A program made the translations under genes and the position numbers. Positions 37,738 through 52,100 of a stretch of DNA of 64,000 nucleotides are shown piece by piece. Source of the DNA: Chrysomallon squamiferum. Its lineage: Eukaryota > Animalia > Mollusca. Under the pieces are notes generated by a model, which saw only the letters and a program-made list of their open reading frames with translations, did no database searches and was not told where the DNA came from. Numbering within the stretch: position 1 is the first letter of the stretch; each line of letters begins with the position of its first letter. The DNA is taken from positions 24,366,001 through 24,430,000 of the forward strand of contig CM022672.1 in NCBI GenBank assembly GCA_012295275.1, written 5' to 3'.

Positions 37738-40694
37738 TATATAATAATAATATCTCTGAAATGACTTTTTAAAATTTGGTATTTTATATTTCAATTAGTT
37801 TATCGAGTTGTTTCACACAATATTTACTGGGGGGGTGAAGGCTGTTGGAATTTTGTCAAGACAATTTGATTTATTTGGCAACAGAGAAAGGGTCTCAAAT
37901 TGAATGTAATAAAAAATTATTATTTAATCAGTTGATTGTTTATTATTGATATCCAGAAAGAATAAACACAGACCAGAGGATTAATTTAGAAATTTAGAAT
38001 CTTGCAAGGTCACATAAAGTTACATATTCCAAACAACTCCATGAGGAAAGATGTATGTAAAACGTTCAGCTGCACTCTCCTTGACATGTTTGAAATCATA
38101 TCACCAGAAAACAAATTCAAGTGGCATTATCATGTTGCCTGCATTCGGGATGTATACATAAATACATCAGCACTAGATATCAATCAACCAGAACAAAACT
38201 CTTTTTTAATCTTTGGATGATATTCTCACCTGAATCCAGATATTTCAGTCTGTAGTTAAGAAGGAAAAGGGAGAAGGAAAGGCCAGAATACTACTTAAAA
38301 ACCTACTACTATATCAAAAAGACAAACATGCACCAGCTCAAAGAAAATATTTATCAGGAAGATGAAGACTCCTTTATACATGGCTGTAACTACACTGAGG
38401 CAAATGCCTCATACCAAAATTGACAATATATATTTTTTTATTATGTTTTTTTTTATATACACAGATTCTATTTTAAAAATATAAAATATAAATCTCTATT
38501 CCAGTAGAAAAGATAGCCACTGAATGAATTTGTTTAACTGTGTGGTTACCATTTGAAGAATACCAACATCACTGCGATGAAAGACATAACTGACTTGAAA
38601 GACATCAGTTAATGCATCATTTCAAAAAGAGTCTTGTTACAGCCATGTTATATTTTTCCTTCTTTTTTCAAAAATATATTTCTGAATTCACATTTTATCA
38701 TGTTAATTGTCAGATGTTCAGTTATTAAATGAATGATTGATTTTATTTAAAACCCCTAATGTGGTAAGGTGAATTTACGTATATGTAAAGTCAATAAACG
38801 CCATTGTTATGGCAGTAATAACATTTGCATCATTTTATAGTTGCTTTTGTTAAAATATAGTCTTAATATCAACAAATATGCCAAAATTCTTTATGCAATA
38901 ATATAGCTACAAACCTGTATACTAGCAGTTCAAATACTATGGCATGAATCTGAGTTCATTTAAGATTTATTAACTTTCAGCATTTTGACAAACAGCTGGG
39001 TCTTACTATATATTTGTAATTACCTTTTGATTATCATTATAATCTGCTCTGTGTGCCCAGGCTAATAACAAAAAGTACAAAAGCCAGACACCTACAACAA
39101 CAGTGACGACCACAGGGTTTTCAAAAAATGTCATGAATAGGACAATGTCACCTACAGGATCCACAACATTTGGTGCAACAAAAATCCCACCAGAAAAAGT
39201 AGAAAGATGTCTGCACTGACAGTGCAAGATTTCTGTGGTGGTGAATTTACCAACCTGATGAAAATAAATAATAAAATCTGTAATTATGCTGTGTGTAAAT
39301 AATAATACTGATAATAGCTTAAGAAGAATATATTTCATGATACAAATAATTATATTTGACACTACCTGAAAATATATTATTAGCATATACATTTAATTAA
39401 AGAATATCTAAAATAATCTTGAAAAAAAGCTGTATAAATAAGTACATATTAACTGTTAATAACAAACGCATCTTTTACAAACATAGTAAATAAATAGCTA
39501 TTTGTATACAAGGTTTTACTGAGTCACCACTAACACAATTCAATATAGTTTTTATTTTATTGTGCTAGATCTTAACCTTTTTTATGGAACCCTTTGCAAA
39601 TATTTATCATTCCAATAATATTATTCTTCACATTCATCATAATGAAACTAACCTGACAACCATCTTTCTTCCATTCTTTTTCAGTCAAATTCCAGTAGGA
39701 ACAATCAACATTAAATGTTTGTATCTTAATTTTAACTGGACATATGGATGTTCTGATATCTTCATCTAACATCTCCTGTAACCATTAGTAGTAATGCATC
39801 ATGAATGGAAATAAAAGAACTATAGGAAAATAATAATTTACTGTGTTTGTAAAGAAATTTATTACAAATCCCATTTATGTAAAGAATTAGTAAATCAGCA
39901 GTATTGATATCTGATATTACAAGATATTTGAATAATGTTTACAAAATGAAGTAAAAATCTCATAGATATTGTAGGTTTGTTTTTGTTTTTGATTTAGTTT
40001 CAGGGGTTTTCCTTTTGATGTTTTTTGTTTTGTTTTTTTTAATAATAAATCCCAAATATATCTGCAAATTTTTTTTTAGCTTTTAATGACAGTTATAGGA
40101 TTTAAACCATAAGTTATTGTCATGTTTGGTGTCATTTAAAATGTTTAAAGGCAAACAAAGAAATACTAAGATAATTTTACCATCTTCATTTTTGACAGAT
40201 TATGACCAATTAATTATTATTAAATTTAGAAACATTTTCTTCTTTTGTTGATTTCATCCCTTTTTGCATGGATTATAGATTTATTGTTTCTGAAAATATG
40301 AACTGATAGAATTAGTTAAACCATAATTTGCATTAACTGAGTTCAACTGAAAGTTGCCTTTATTCAATACAGTTCCTGTTTGAATGATAGATCAAAAGTA
40401 TCCAGAAACTAATTCAAATGGTTTAAATCCTTGAACCAGAAATTACAATAATGTAGAAATAAAGGTGTTCAAGCTACTCTTCCAGATATGTGATTTGTAT
40501 ATCAAATAAGTACAAAGGTCTTTTTATAATTTTTCAAATGCATGACACTAATTCACAAATTGCCTAATCAATATAAATGAATAAATAAGAAATACTGATT
40601 ATTTTAAAACTTGAAAGAGAAGTCACAGAGTTTATTTTGAGAAATATTTGTAAAATTTATTTTTTACCATTCTATTTAGAAATAAATAAACAAA

Positions 40695-40748
<54 letters not shown>

Positions 40749-43700
40749 TTTCATGAAAATAAATGTTACTAGCAAAATGTTAAACAATGAAATTACCTTG
40801 ACTGTGATATCCAATATAAAATTTGTCCTGTTTTCTCCAAGATTTGCTTCTGTCAAAAATAACAGATTTGGATCTTTTTTATGGCCCTTCAGAATGTTAA
40901 TTTTCTGCTGTAGAACTGGCATCTCAATCTCATTCCTACTTCTTAAAGTCTTATTATCTCCTTGTTTTCTTCCAAGAGAGATTTTCAGCTTTGTTTTGGT
41001 ATCTATAGTAATTATTCTCAAAATCTGAACTTTATTTTCCATCACAGGAATAGATAAATGTAGTGATTGTGAATATAGGACCACCTTCTGATGAAGGTCA
41101 TAGGAAACATTCAAGGCATGAATACTCCCATGTTTTAATATCTTTGAAGCTGTTGAGATAAACAAACATTTGTACAAATGTATGAATACAAAAAGAGAAC
41201 CAATACAATTTTACCAAGGATCACATCATTGATTGTAAAATCTTTTGTTTAGTTAAGAATTTAATGTGAATGAAGTGCTGGAAGATCATGAAGAGTTTTA
41301 TATTTATTCCAAATAAATTTCATGGTAGTGCTTGCTTGTATGTAACTATCATTTAATTTAGATTAGATGGAATAATAAACAATAACAGACGAAATGTATC
41401 ATTACTTGAGATACAAATGGTTAATACTATGGTTTATATTTACAAATTAGGTTAATAAATTATCTTTAATTATCAAATAATTAAGTATCACTAGAGTTGA
41501 TATGCAGGAAAACTTTAAACAGTGCTAACATATAAATAGACTTAATTTTTCTATCTGTATTTAGACATGCCAAATATTTTTGTATTTATAACAGAATAAC
41601 ATAGGCACATTAAATGAAAACTTTTTTAAACTGATCTTAAAGATACTGAAGGAGAGGGAAACATTTTTTTTTTTTTAATGTAAGTTAAAGTAACATTTAT
41701 TAGTTCTTGTCTTTTCTGAAGAAAGAAAATCCCACCCATGGAATAATATTGGTGCAATGTCAAAGCAAAAAACTTGAAAACAAAGCAAGTAAACTGAGTC
41801 AAATATATACTGGGGAAAATTCTTAGAGCCAATCTGAATTAATCTGATATGGTAAATAAAGATATAATTGTTTCATCAAACAAAAATGCAGCATTGTTCC
41901 AACTAAATCATGTTTCAGTTATGTACCTCAGGCACAATCATAAAGCATACGAGACACAGTAGATTTTTGTCTCTTTCAATGGCATAGCCCATGAAGAGTG
42001 ATATGAAGTTATGATTGGATGCATATTCACTCACACATATACCATTTTTTACTAATGACCTATTCCAAGAAGGTTATGAAGATGTTATTATCACATTGTC
42101 ATATTAATGCCAAGGAAATGTAACTATAAACTGTATAGAATATACAAACTTAGTCAGATATTTTATCTTACAACACTCCAACAGCAGGTCTTTAAAGCTG
42201 TGACCATGAGTACTAAAATGAAACTAAATCATGTTTTTCAAACTGACATTAGAAGCTTTTCTATAGTCACTGGGTTGAAATACATTTATTGATTCTTTCC
42301 CCTAAAACATCACAGCCCAGCATTACAAATCTTAAAATTCGTTACATTTATTAAGAAATTTGTCTGGCTTTAAACCATAACTTTCCATTGTGATGCCTGA
42401 TATTTATAACCATCTTGTGATCTACCTGGTCAAGAGTTAATGAATTTCCTGTGTATGCAGCCATTCAAGCATTGTGTCTCCTTTGAGTTTACATTTACTA
42501 TAAACCACATGTTGGTGAGAAAACTGGCAAAAAAGACTGATGGATGAAAACCCTTTGCTGGTTTTACACTAGATCTTACAAACTGCAGTTATTTTGAGAA
42601 CTTCTGAAATCTCTGAATCCATGGAATACTGTCCTTCAAGGGCATTTCCCCAAAAAAGAAATAACTTTATCTACAACAATGCCTTTACAAATTATATAAC
42701 TGTTAGATCTAACAAACTGGCATATCACAGGTTTATTTTTTTGGCTGTTTTTGTTGTTTTGTTTTGTTTTCCTTGCCAACATACTAAACTTTTTTTTTTT
42801 TGCACACAATATGACATATCTTAAAATCCACTCTTTACTCTAATATCCTTAAACATCTTTTACAGAATATTTTAGAAATAGAATAAGATAGTTTGTGAAA
42901 ACATAAATATTAATGAAAGTATCATAAAGATGACTTCACTTTATGCTACAAACCACGTAATTCTAACATACATTTAATAGAGATGAAGATATCTACAGTT
43001 TCAGTCAAATTAAATTCAAGTTCTTCTGAACTTCCATGTCTTCTTTGAGAAATGGTCAAAACTGGCATATTGACACTCTTTGCTGATTCAGAAAATAAGT
43101 ATGGATTCATTAACCAGAACTGAACCTGAAATAAATAATTAAATAAGTAGTATGTTAAATGAAATTAAATGATTTCATATTAAATAAGCAAGAGAAAAGC
43201 TAACAGAAAACAAACAAATAGATCAGACGATAGAGTAGTTCAAAATACTGAAATCTGGATGCACAGATTTTACTTATAGATATAATTTGAAAATTGTGGT
43301 TAAGAGAAATTGTTACTTATTTTAACTAAATATCAAGCACTTTTTCAAAAAGTAAACCCTTTGAACATGGCACAGATGTTTTTGAAAAAAAAAGGTAAAT
43401 AATCTTTGAAAATGTAAACAAACATATGAATTATCTTACTTTGAGTTCAAATAAACATTGATCACATTATCAGATTATGACAACCATTTCGTACTGAATG
43501 TTATGAAATAGCTTAATATGATTTGAAAATGTTTAACAAATTACAATAGTCCTAGGTATAGAGTCATAAACATACGTAGATAATCTTTTTAACAAATTTT
43601 CACCATTTCAATTACATATATACAACAACTTTTATATTATTTTTTTAGTATTTTATATATCCTTTTAATATTTAATGCATTTCTTTTATTAAAATGGAAA

Positions 43701-46700
43701 ATATTGTCTACCTGTATATCTAATCCAGTAATATTTTTTTTACCGACTGTGGAAAATTTATCACCCATAGGCATGGCAAAAGAACTGCCTATTTCATTTT
43801 CACTATTTACATTTGCTGTAAGAAAAAGTTCATCAATGTTTGTTTTACTCCACTTGACAGACATTGCTGTTTGCTTTGATCTTAAAATCACTGGTGGGTC
43901 ACTGTCTGATGGAATTCCAATTAACAATGAATGGCCAATATCATCATATGTCTTTGTTAGGAAATTAGCTCTGGATTCTAACTGTCATATTGAATAAAAA
44001 GTTATTACATATTGCAGGGTTTGTAGTATGCATTTCTCTGTGTTAAACATATTTTTTCTTTTTTAATTGACAGAAATAAACCAATTTACAATAAATAAAC
44101 TATACTTCCTAAAATTATAATAATTATTAAAGAATAGCTTTTAGATGTTTTTTTTCTTCTTTTCTATCTTTAACATAACATTAAAAGAGGCAGTTTAGTA
44201 CAGAATCTAGTTAAAGTATAACATAGAAATTATATATTTATTTTTGAAAAGGTCTGGTTTTCAGACTTCTCATCATTCTAAAAAAAATAACAAAATAAAA
44301 ATTAATGTACAGAATATAAAAATATCATCACGTACTTTGAAAGCAGAATTTTTTAAATATATTTCCTATTTAATCTGAGGCAAATTTGTGTGATTAAATA
44401 TAATTAAATGTAACTGTCTGCTAGTATTCTAATACCAAATTCATTTAGCAATAAAATAGGAGAAAATGGTGAAATATCAATAAAATCCTACAAATCAATG
44501 TTGAAAAATTTAATAATCAAACCTTTTCTCTGGACTTGTTTAATGAAACACCTTTTTGTTTCACATCCAAGGAGAATAGGTTAAATATTTTATCCATTAT
44601 AGAAAATTGCCGGCTTTATGAAAATGAATTAAAATAATAATAAAATACAAAATTTAAAAAGCTGAAAAATAAAACTGAATTTTATAAAATCTTTCTTTAA
44701 CAATTTGTTTATAACCTATACTCAGATGAAAAATAAGTACTGACCAAAAAAGTCCATTATATTAAACTAGTTTAACACTTTATGATAAATTAATTAATGC
44801 CTGAATAATCTTAATAAGTTAACCAGTTAATAACTCTGTGAAGCAGCCCCTTTTACTGAAGTTCAACAAATTCAGTTTATGATCTCTCATAAAGAAGGCT
44901 TTTTGGAGTGCATGTCATAATAAGCAGCTGTTTTATCCCTCATCATCATGTAAGAGAACTTGTAATAAAATATATTTCATGTACATTACATATATATAAT
45001 ATATATAAATAAATAAAACAAAACTTTCTTACCTGGCATATTTTTTAACTTCCGTTGTATTACCATCTTGTGATAATCTGACTAAATAAGATACCAAATG
45101 TGTCACTGTACTTACAGTTTTGTTCTATATATAAAAGAATAAAATATCCAGTATCAGGTAATAAATTATTTAATAAAATATAAACATTAAAAAGTAATAT
45201 TGTAACAGTAATAAATGAAATATGTTTATAAATGTTTCCATGCTAATCCAAAATAATCAACATGATTTTTAAAGATTTCATTTTATTAATATAAATGTTT
45301 TTAACTAATTTTATTATTGTTCTTGTTATATTAAATTTTAACAATGAATTATTTGTGTTCAGTTTGGTATTATTTCTAACATTGTTATATTATTTTTTCA
45401 TAATTGTTCTAAACTGATTTCAGTGACTTAAACTATTTAAAAAAACAACAAAATAATAATAAAATAAAAATAAAAAGCAGAAATGTTATGTTGAAAAAAT
45501 ACTTGTCATACAATTGAATCAACTCAGATTTATAATTACAGAGTACATTCATAAGGTCATTTTATTAAATCATTTGAACACTTAGAAATATTGTAAAATT
45601 ATTTAAATAAGTTATATTACTCATCAGATATCACTTTTGATGAGCAACACAATAGTGAAAAATAAAATAAAAGAAGATGGAAACTGTCTTTAATAAGTAC
45701 AAATTAATGCATTCTTAAAGCAGAGTCTGTTTGATCTTTTAGTCCTTTAAAATTCTTGAAATACCTGTATAGAATACCATCTATAATAAATAGGATGAAA
45801 ATCAAAGAAAGAAAAGTAAGAACATGATTTTATTTAAACAACTGTTACAAAACTAATACACTTCTTAATACACTTAAATTTCTTATAGTATAATATATTG
45901 GATGAAGTTAAATAAAGAAAAATAAAGAACATAACTTTATTTGATAGTTATTCAGTACAATAATGACCTCTGTGAGAGGTTTTCCTCCACATAGCAACAA
46001 TTTCACTTAAATTGTTAATTGCACACATCAAGGAAACTAGAACAATGCAGCAAGCAATAGCGGGACAAATTTAAAAGCAGTTAGTTTAAAAATAAATGAC
46101 AATAAAAATAATTGGTTTTCTTCATTTCCAGATAAATGGTTCATTACCTGTACAATGTTACTTTTTATTATTAATGATATTATTATTAGACTTAAATAGT
46201 TCTAGTGTATAATTTTATTTGTTACAGGGGATGTGCATAATCAGGGATTATGTGCAATCCATGAAATTATCAGATAATATGTGTAATGTCTGATTCACTC
46301 AGGAAGTATGTATAATCCATTAAAACTGAAACTAAATTAATTATTTCATACATTTTTCTTATCCATTTTTATGATTGGATAAATTATTCCACCTTCTTGG
46401 TAACATATAACAAATGTAAGTTCTTCTTTGAATTATTAATATTTTAGTAAGGAATAGACAGTCAAAAAGCAATGCTACATAGAAGAACAGATTTTCTGTT
46501 GATAATGAAAATATAACTAACTTTATTGTGTAAGTTTATGTTAAACTTGTGACTAAAATTTCAGTAAAATGTATTTTTAAGTGGAATTATATCATGAATT
46601 GCATCATATGCGACTTAAAACATTTGCTGTGTATTAGCTCAGTGTCACTACATTCAGTCACAACTCAAGATATTTCAAAGATCTCCTCAACCTCTGTCAA

Positions 46701-48914
46701 TGTGGGCAAAAGGAACATGTACTCACATACATGGATGTTGTTCATTTGCTCAGTGGAGACCAAAATATATATTGTCAAAACAATTGCCTACTCATTGTCA
46801 GTTTGAAAAACAACTGTCTAATCTATTTAAAGAATAGTTTACACTTTTTAAGGAAGGAGGAGGCAAGTTTGTTACTGATGAAGGAGAGATGTGATTTATT
46901 TATTTATTATTTTTTTTAAAACTAATAGGTTTTGAACAAATATTTGAATTCTGATGGTCAAAATCTATCTTAACCTAACAGATATGTGAATTTTTGTATA
47001 CTTATCACTGATATTTTTCCTAAATTTAGCATATAGTAACTGATACGTATATATATATTTTAAGAATAAACAAATTATTTCACTTTTTTCAATATTTATA
47101 AAACTAATTTAAACCATGGCTTTCTCTAACCAGGCTCTTAACCAGATGTACTTTTAATGTTAAAGCTGAATTCTTTTTATTACTAATTACTAGCTAGATT
47201 TAGAGATTATGAAGGGGAAATAATAGTTATTAAATTATGAATATGTGAACATTCCATGCGATGAAAATAACTTTGTTATTTATACACCTTATGTTTATTG
47301 CTGATTGCAGGTGCCACATATGACATCTATTCAGTTTTATTCAGAGTCTTAATGCATAGAGTCTAAATCAAATATCTAAATTGAGAAAATCAGTAAGATT
47401 AATTACATATGTAATATAACATGGTAATTTAACTTAAAATTCAATGTTATGCACATGAAAAATGAATACTGCAATGAAGGTTACCTCCATTTGTAGTGAT
47501 AAAGTGTCTTGCTGATCCACAATATCAGAAATTATATTGGTAATCTGCTCACGAATTTCAGTTTCATTTAAATCAATTTTATCAAGAATATCCATCAGTT
47601 GCAGAAGTATCTAGAAACAAAATTTAAAAGATATCAGAACAATGTATAGATTTAATTACAATGCAAATTAGTTTTATCAGATAATGGTTATAAAACAGCA
47701 GATCAAATGAAGAATCTGAAGTATATTTTAAAATATTACATTTTTTTTTTTTTTTTTTAAATTTTCACTTAAGAATATATATCACAAATAAACAATAAGA
47801 AATGGCATTTATTCTTTTATAAATACAGTTAATGTGTGTGTGTGTGTGTGTTTTTATTGTAATATACATAAACTTGAGAAGTGGCAGTACTGCTCTGCCT
47901 CATTTTCACTATCAGTCAGTCTAGAGATTAATTAATCTATACTGTTTCTTTAAATCTGATAAGAAAAAAAATAATTTAAGATGCAAAACCTTTATAATAT
48001 GTATGTGCTGTTAAACCATAATCATATTAGTTCTAAAACAGTTAAAGTATCTCTAATAGCAGTAGTATGCATTACATATTATCAGAGATTATGTAATAAC
48101 CTGGATTTAAAGTCCATTAGATTAATATATTCACTAATTATGGTACAATGCAAGCAAAATATAAATAAATCAATGATGAACTTATTTTAAAACAAATTCC
48201 TAAATCTCTATTGAGAACAAATAAAATAAAAAAATTTATTATTTTTATTACTAGTTCTGTTTTTGCTTTTTCTGCTTCATTTGATTCATTCCTCATTTTT
48301 CCTATCATGTCTACAATAGTCACTGCTAGGTGAAGAAAACCTAAAGAACAAATATACAGATCAAGCAACATATATAAACTGAAATAAACTATTTGATATA
48401 AAACCTTAAAAATTATTTTTATGATATGATTCCTTTTTATGGTTGCTGATTGTCCTCATAGATATCCAAAAAAGGTAACATAACAAAAGACTGACCACAG
48501 GTGGTGCTGCTTAAAGTAATATTCTCTATTATTATTTAATGTGTGTTACTGAGTTTTGTTTAAAATTTAAATCCACTATTCTTATTACCAAACAAATAGT
48601 TGATGTACTATGTCAGTAATGTAACTTTGTCAAATGATTAAAAGTTGACATAAAAGATCTTTATGACACAATTTTATAAACTTAACAATTTGTTAAATTA
48701 CCTTCTTTTCCTCTTTCTAATATTATATTGCCAGAAGAAAGAAGTTTGCCAACAACATCGCAAAGTCCTGATATATTCAAATCATTTTTCTGCAGTACCT
48801 GAAAATATTTATCTAGTGCCACTTAAAATTAAAATAATAATATAAAAAAAAAAAAAAAAAAAAAAAAAAAGGTTTCAGTTAATTATGTTCTAAAACTATA
48901 TATATGGATGTATA

Positions 48915-48952
<38 letters not shown>

Positions 48953-49086
48953 ATTATTAGCCACTGGCTGATTTATATTATCAACCAGCTGTGCTCACAC
49001 ACACAAACACTGGCTAATGAAAATTCATGTTGGCCAGTTTGTTATTATTTTTTTTATTTTTTTTATTTTTTTATTATTATAATTAT

Positions 49087-49125
<39 letters not shown>

Positions 49126-52100
49126 CAAACATAAGAAACAATAAATCAGTATCTCACAAGCTGGTCACACAGATCCAAAAAGGTTATCACTAACCAAGTG
49201 TTGTTTTATGTATTTATTTCTTATTAATAATTAATTATTCCAGTCAGATTACTTTTTAAAATAAAATGGGATGTCTTTTCCAAAGCTTCTTGCCAAAAAT
49301 TTGAACAATAAAGATTGTTTTCCAAAGATACAAAAACAGGTTTTTCTGCTTTCAGCCCTTATGTCTCAAATAATCCATTGATGGTACAAGAATACAATCT
49401 AGTGATCCATAGCACAGCATGATTGGCTGAAACCTTTCAATCAGTGATGGAAATTGGGGGTATTCTTCCCCTATTTTTTACTTTTCAATTTCTCTATTAG
49501 TCATATACTTTTGTCTTATTTCAAGCAATTAAAATTAGCATGCTTATTTTCTGTAATTATACTTGAATATAACATTTAATTCTCATTAATAAGTTACCTT
49601 CAAAAAATCATAGCAAAATAATTTTTTATAAAATTAATACTTTATATGGAAACACAATCTGGCATGCTATCAAGATGGCTAGGTTGCCTTGGAAAATCAG
49701 CAGATGTATACTGGAATAGCTTGTATAATGTGGTTCCTGTATAGTATTGCTGTAAAATGCCTTTGAATTAGAGACTGTTATGATAGACCTGATTATGATG
49801 GAGATTTTATAGTTCAATACTTTTTCTGTTTTCTTCCCACAAAAGAAACTTCATAGCCAGTGCATATGGCCCTAATATATCTTATTACAAAAACACTACT
49901 CAAGGAGAGTTTTATAGCTTCTGCCCCTTTCTTTCCAACATCTTCTTCAAGGATCTTAGAATACCTTAATTCCTAAAACACATTTCCAAAAAATAACATA
50001 GAAACAAAATGCTCAGTTACTGACTTGAACATACACTATACAATATATACAAAATACTTCTTGAAATATTTGAATTCCTTATCTCCATAGAGATGGTAAA
50101 TGAAATAATTTACAGATAAACTTTTGTAATCTCATTTCATTTAAAGGCACTTTAGAGAAACCAGATGATGATATGCATTCAGTCTATGCATTATTATTAT
50201 TTGTTTATTTGATTTCTTTTCTTTTTTCTATTTTTTTTCTACAAAACCTGATATATCAAAATTCATCTAGTGCCACTTAGAATAAATTTTTTAAAGTTCT
50301 GTTGAAAAGATCTGGTATAGATATCCAAATGGCTAATGTCTCATCTGCTGCAAACAATCGCTGCACAATTTATTACCAGAGTAATGAATTATGCAGTGTT
50401 TATACATTTTTATTACATTCTGTTTACAGCAATGCAGACATAACAACAATTTTGTTGCCCTTATCAATATACTGTTGTAGGACCTTTTCTTGAGACCTAC
50501 TGGGTAGCAGGTTTCCTCTCAAGACTTTGTTTGACTTATCCAAATTAATGTTGCCTAATAACTCATAATTAATTAAATAATGGTGTTGTTAAGGCATTGA
50601 CAATAATGTTAGCACATCTTAATAAAAACATTTGATGCTTTTAATAATAAACTAACCATTTTGTAATAAGTACCAATTCTGTGACAAAAGAAAATGACCC
50701 ATTCTATATTAAAACTTGTATCCGTTTTGTAATCAAATTTGACTCATTTTGTAATAATATATATGTATTATGCATGAGAGAATAGACAATCGTGGCATAC
50801 ATTTTTTCATATACAGGGTTAGGGTGGTAATTTAGCTTACCTAATGAGCCTGCTTTTGCAAGATGAAACCTCCATTGTTGATGTGATTACATTAGTCTTT
50901 TTTCGAAAATCACAGCCACACAACTAGTACACCAAAGGTCATTGTCACACACACAAAAACTATGTTTGTATTATGCAAGTGATCCATGTATAAATTACAT
51001 ATAATTATAATCCCTCAAAACTAGATTTCATTAAACCACAGTTCCTTCAAATCAGAATTTCTTTTTAGATCATTTATATAATAAGTTTTAAACTTAGTCC
51101 TTCAGACTTCATATATGTATGCGAGTTCATGTGTCTATGACAAACTTATAAGTAATGACAGGTAATGTAATGTTTTTGTTCCTAATTCTTTTTGTTTCAA
51201 CCTACTGAAATAGTAAATTAATGAACACATTTATATTTTCAGATTATTGGAAATTTACTAACGATATAATCTTTCAGTTTTCTTACCTGTACTTCCAGAG
51301 AAGCTGAAACACTTGTCTCAAATTTATTTGCAATAATGATGGTTATGTTGTGAGTGAAATTAAATTTTTCAGGCCCTTCAGATAGCGTCAAAAAATTCAC
51401 TGTACTTTTATTCCCATAATATAACAGAATATCTGGAAAACAATTATACTAATACTTTTGAAGATTTATCACATTATTTCTCACTTCAATATTTTTTATA
51501 TTAAAAATTAGAATTCCCTATTTTATTACATTCAAATTCCATGTAGTAAAAAAAATAGCAAAAGTAAACTAATCAGCAAAATGTTCATTTATTCGAGAAA
51601 TGAAACCATTCTTTTTTTTTTAATACTTTTATTATTATAATAGATAAAATATAAAATAAGATTACATTTATCATATAACTTAGTTTTATTTGAGTTTGTT
51701 TAAAGTATGAATTAACTTTTATTATTATTATTTTAAATAACAGTGCATTTTATTTCTGGTCTTGAGGCACTGATCACATGGTTATTGACCACTCAAATAA
51801 TAAGAGAGGAAACCTACAGTTGCCATTTCATGAGCTAATCTTTATTACTAGACGCAAGAGAACTTTTATATGTACCATATCATAAAGTGGATAATATATG
51901 ACATCCTTTTTTATAACAGTTGTTGAGAATTGTCTGGAAGTATAAACAACTCACTGGGACCAACAACTGAAATCATTAAAAAGTCCTATTGCATCTTCAG
52001 TGGATGTTCTACCACTGAGATAGGAACTCCTCCACTAAACTTGAATTAACAATATCTTATAACAAATATATTATATAGAATGTTCCTAGATGTTTCACCT

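Noticed and set aside
40180-40289. Possible extra exon before the GPS exon
   Set aside because: Immediate TAA in the required phase; 40797 joins 39775 in frame without it.
48908-49144. ORFs with poly-I/poly-F or poly-CV runs (also 25498..25719)
   Set aside because: Translations of microsatellites.
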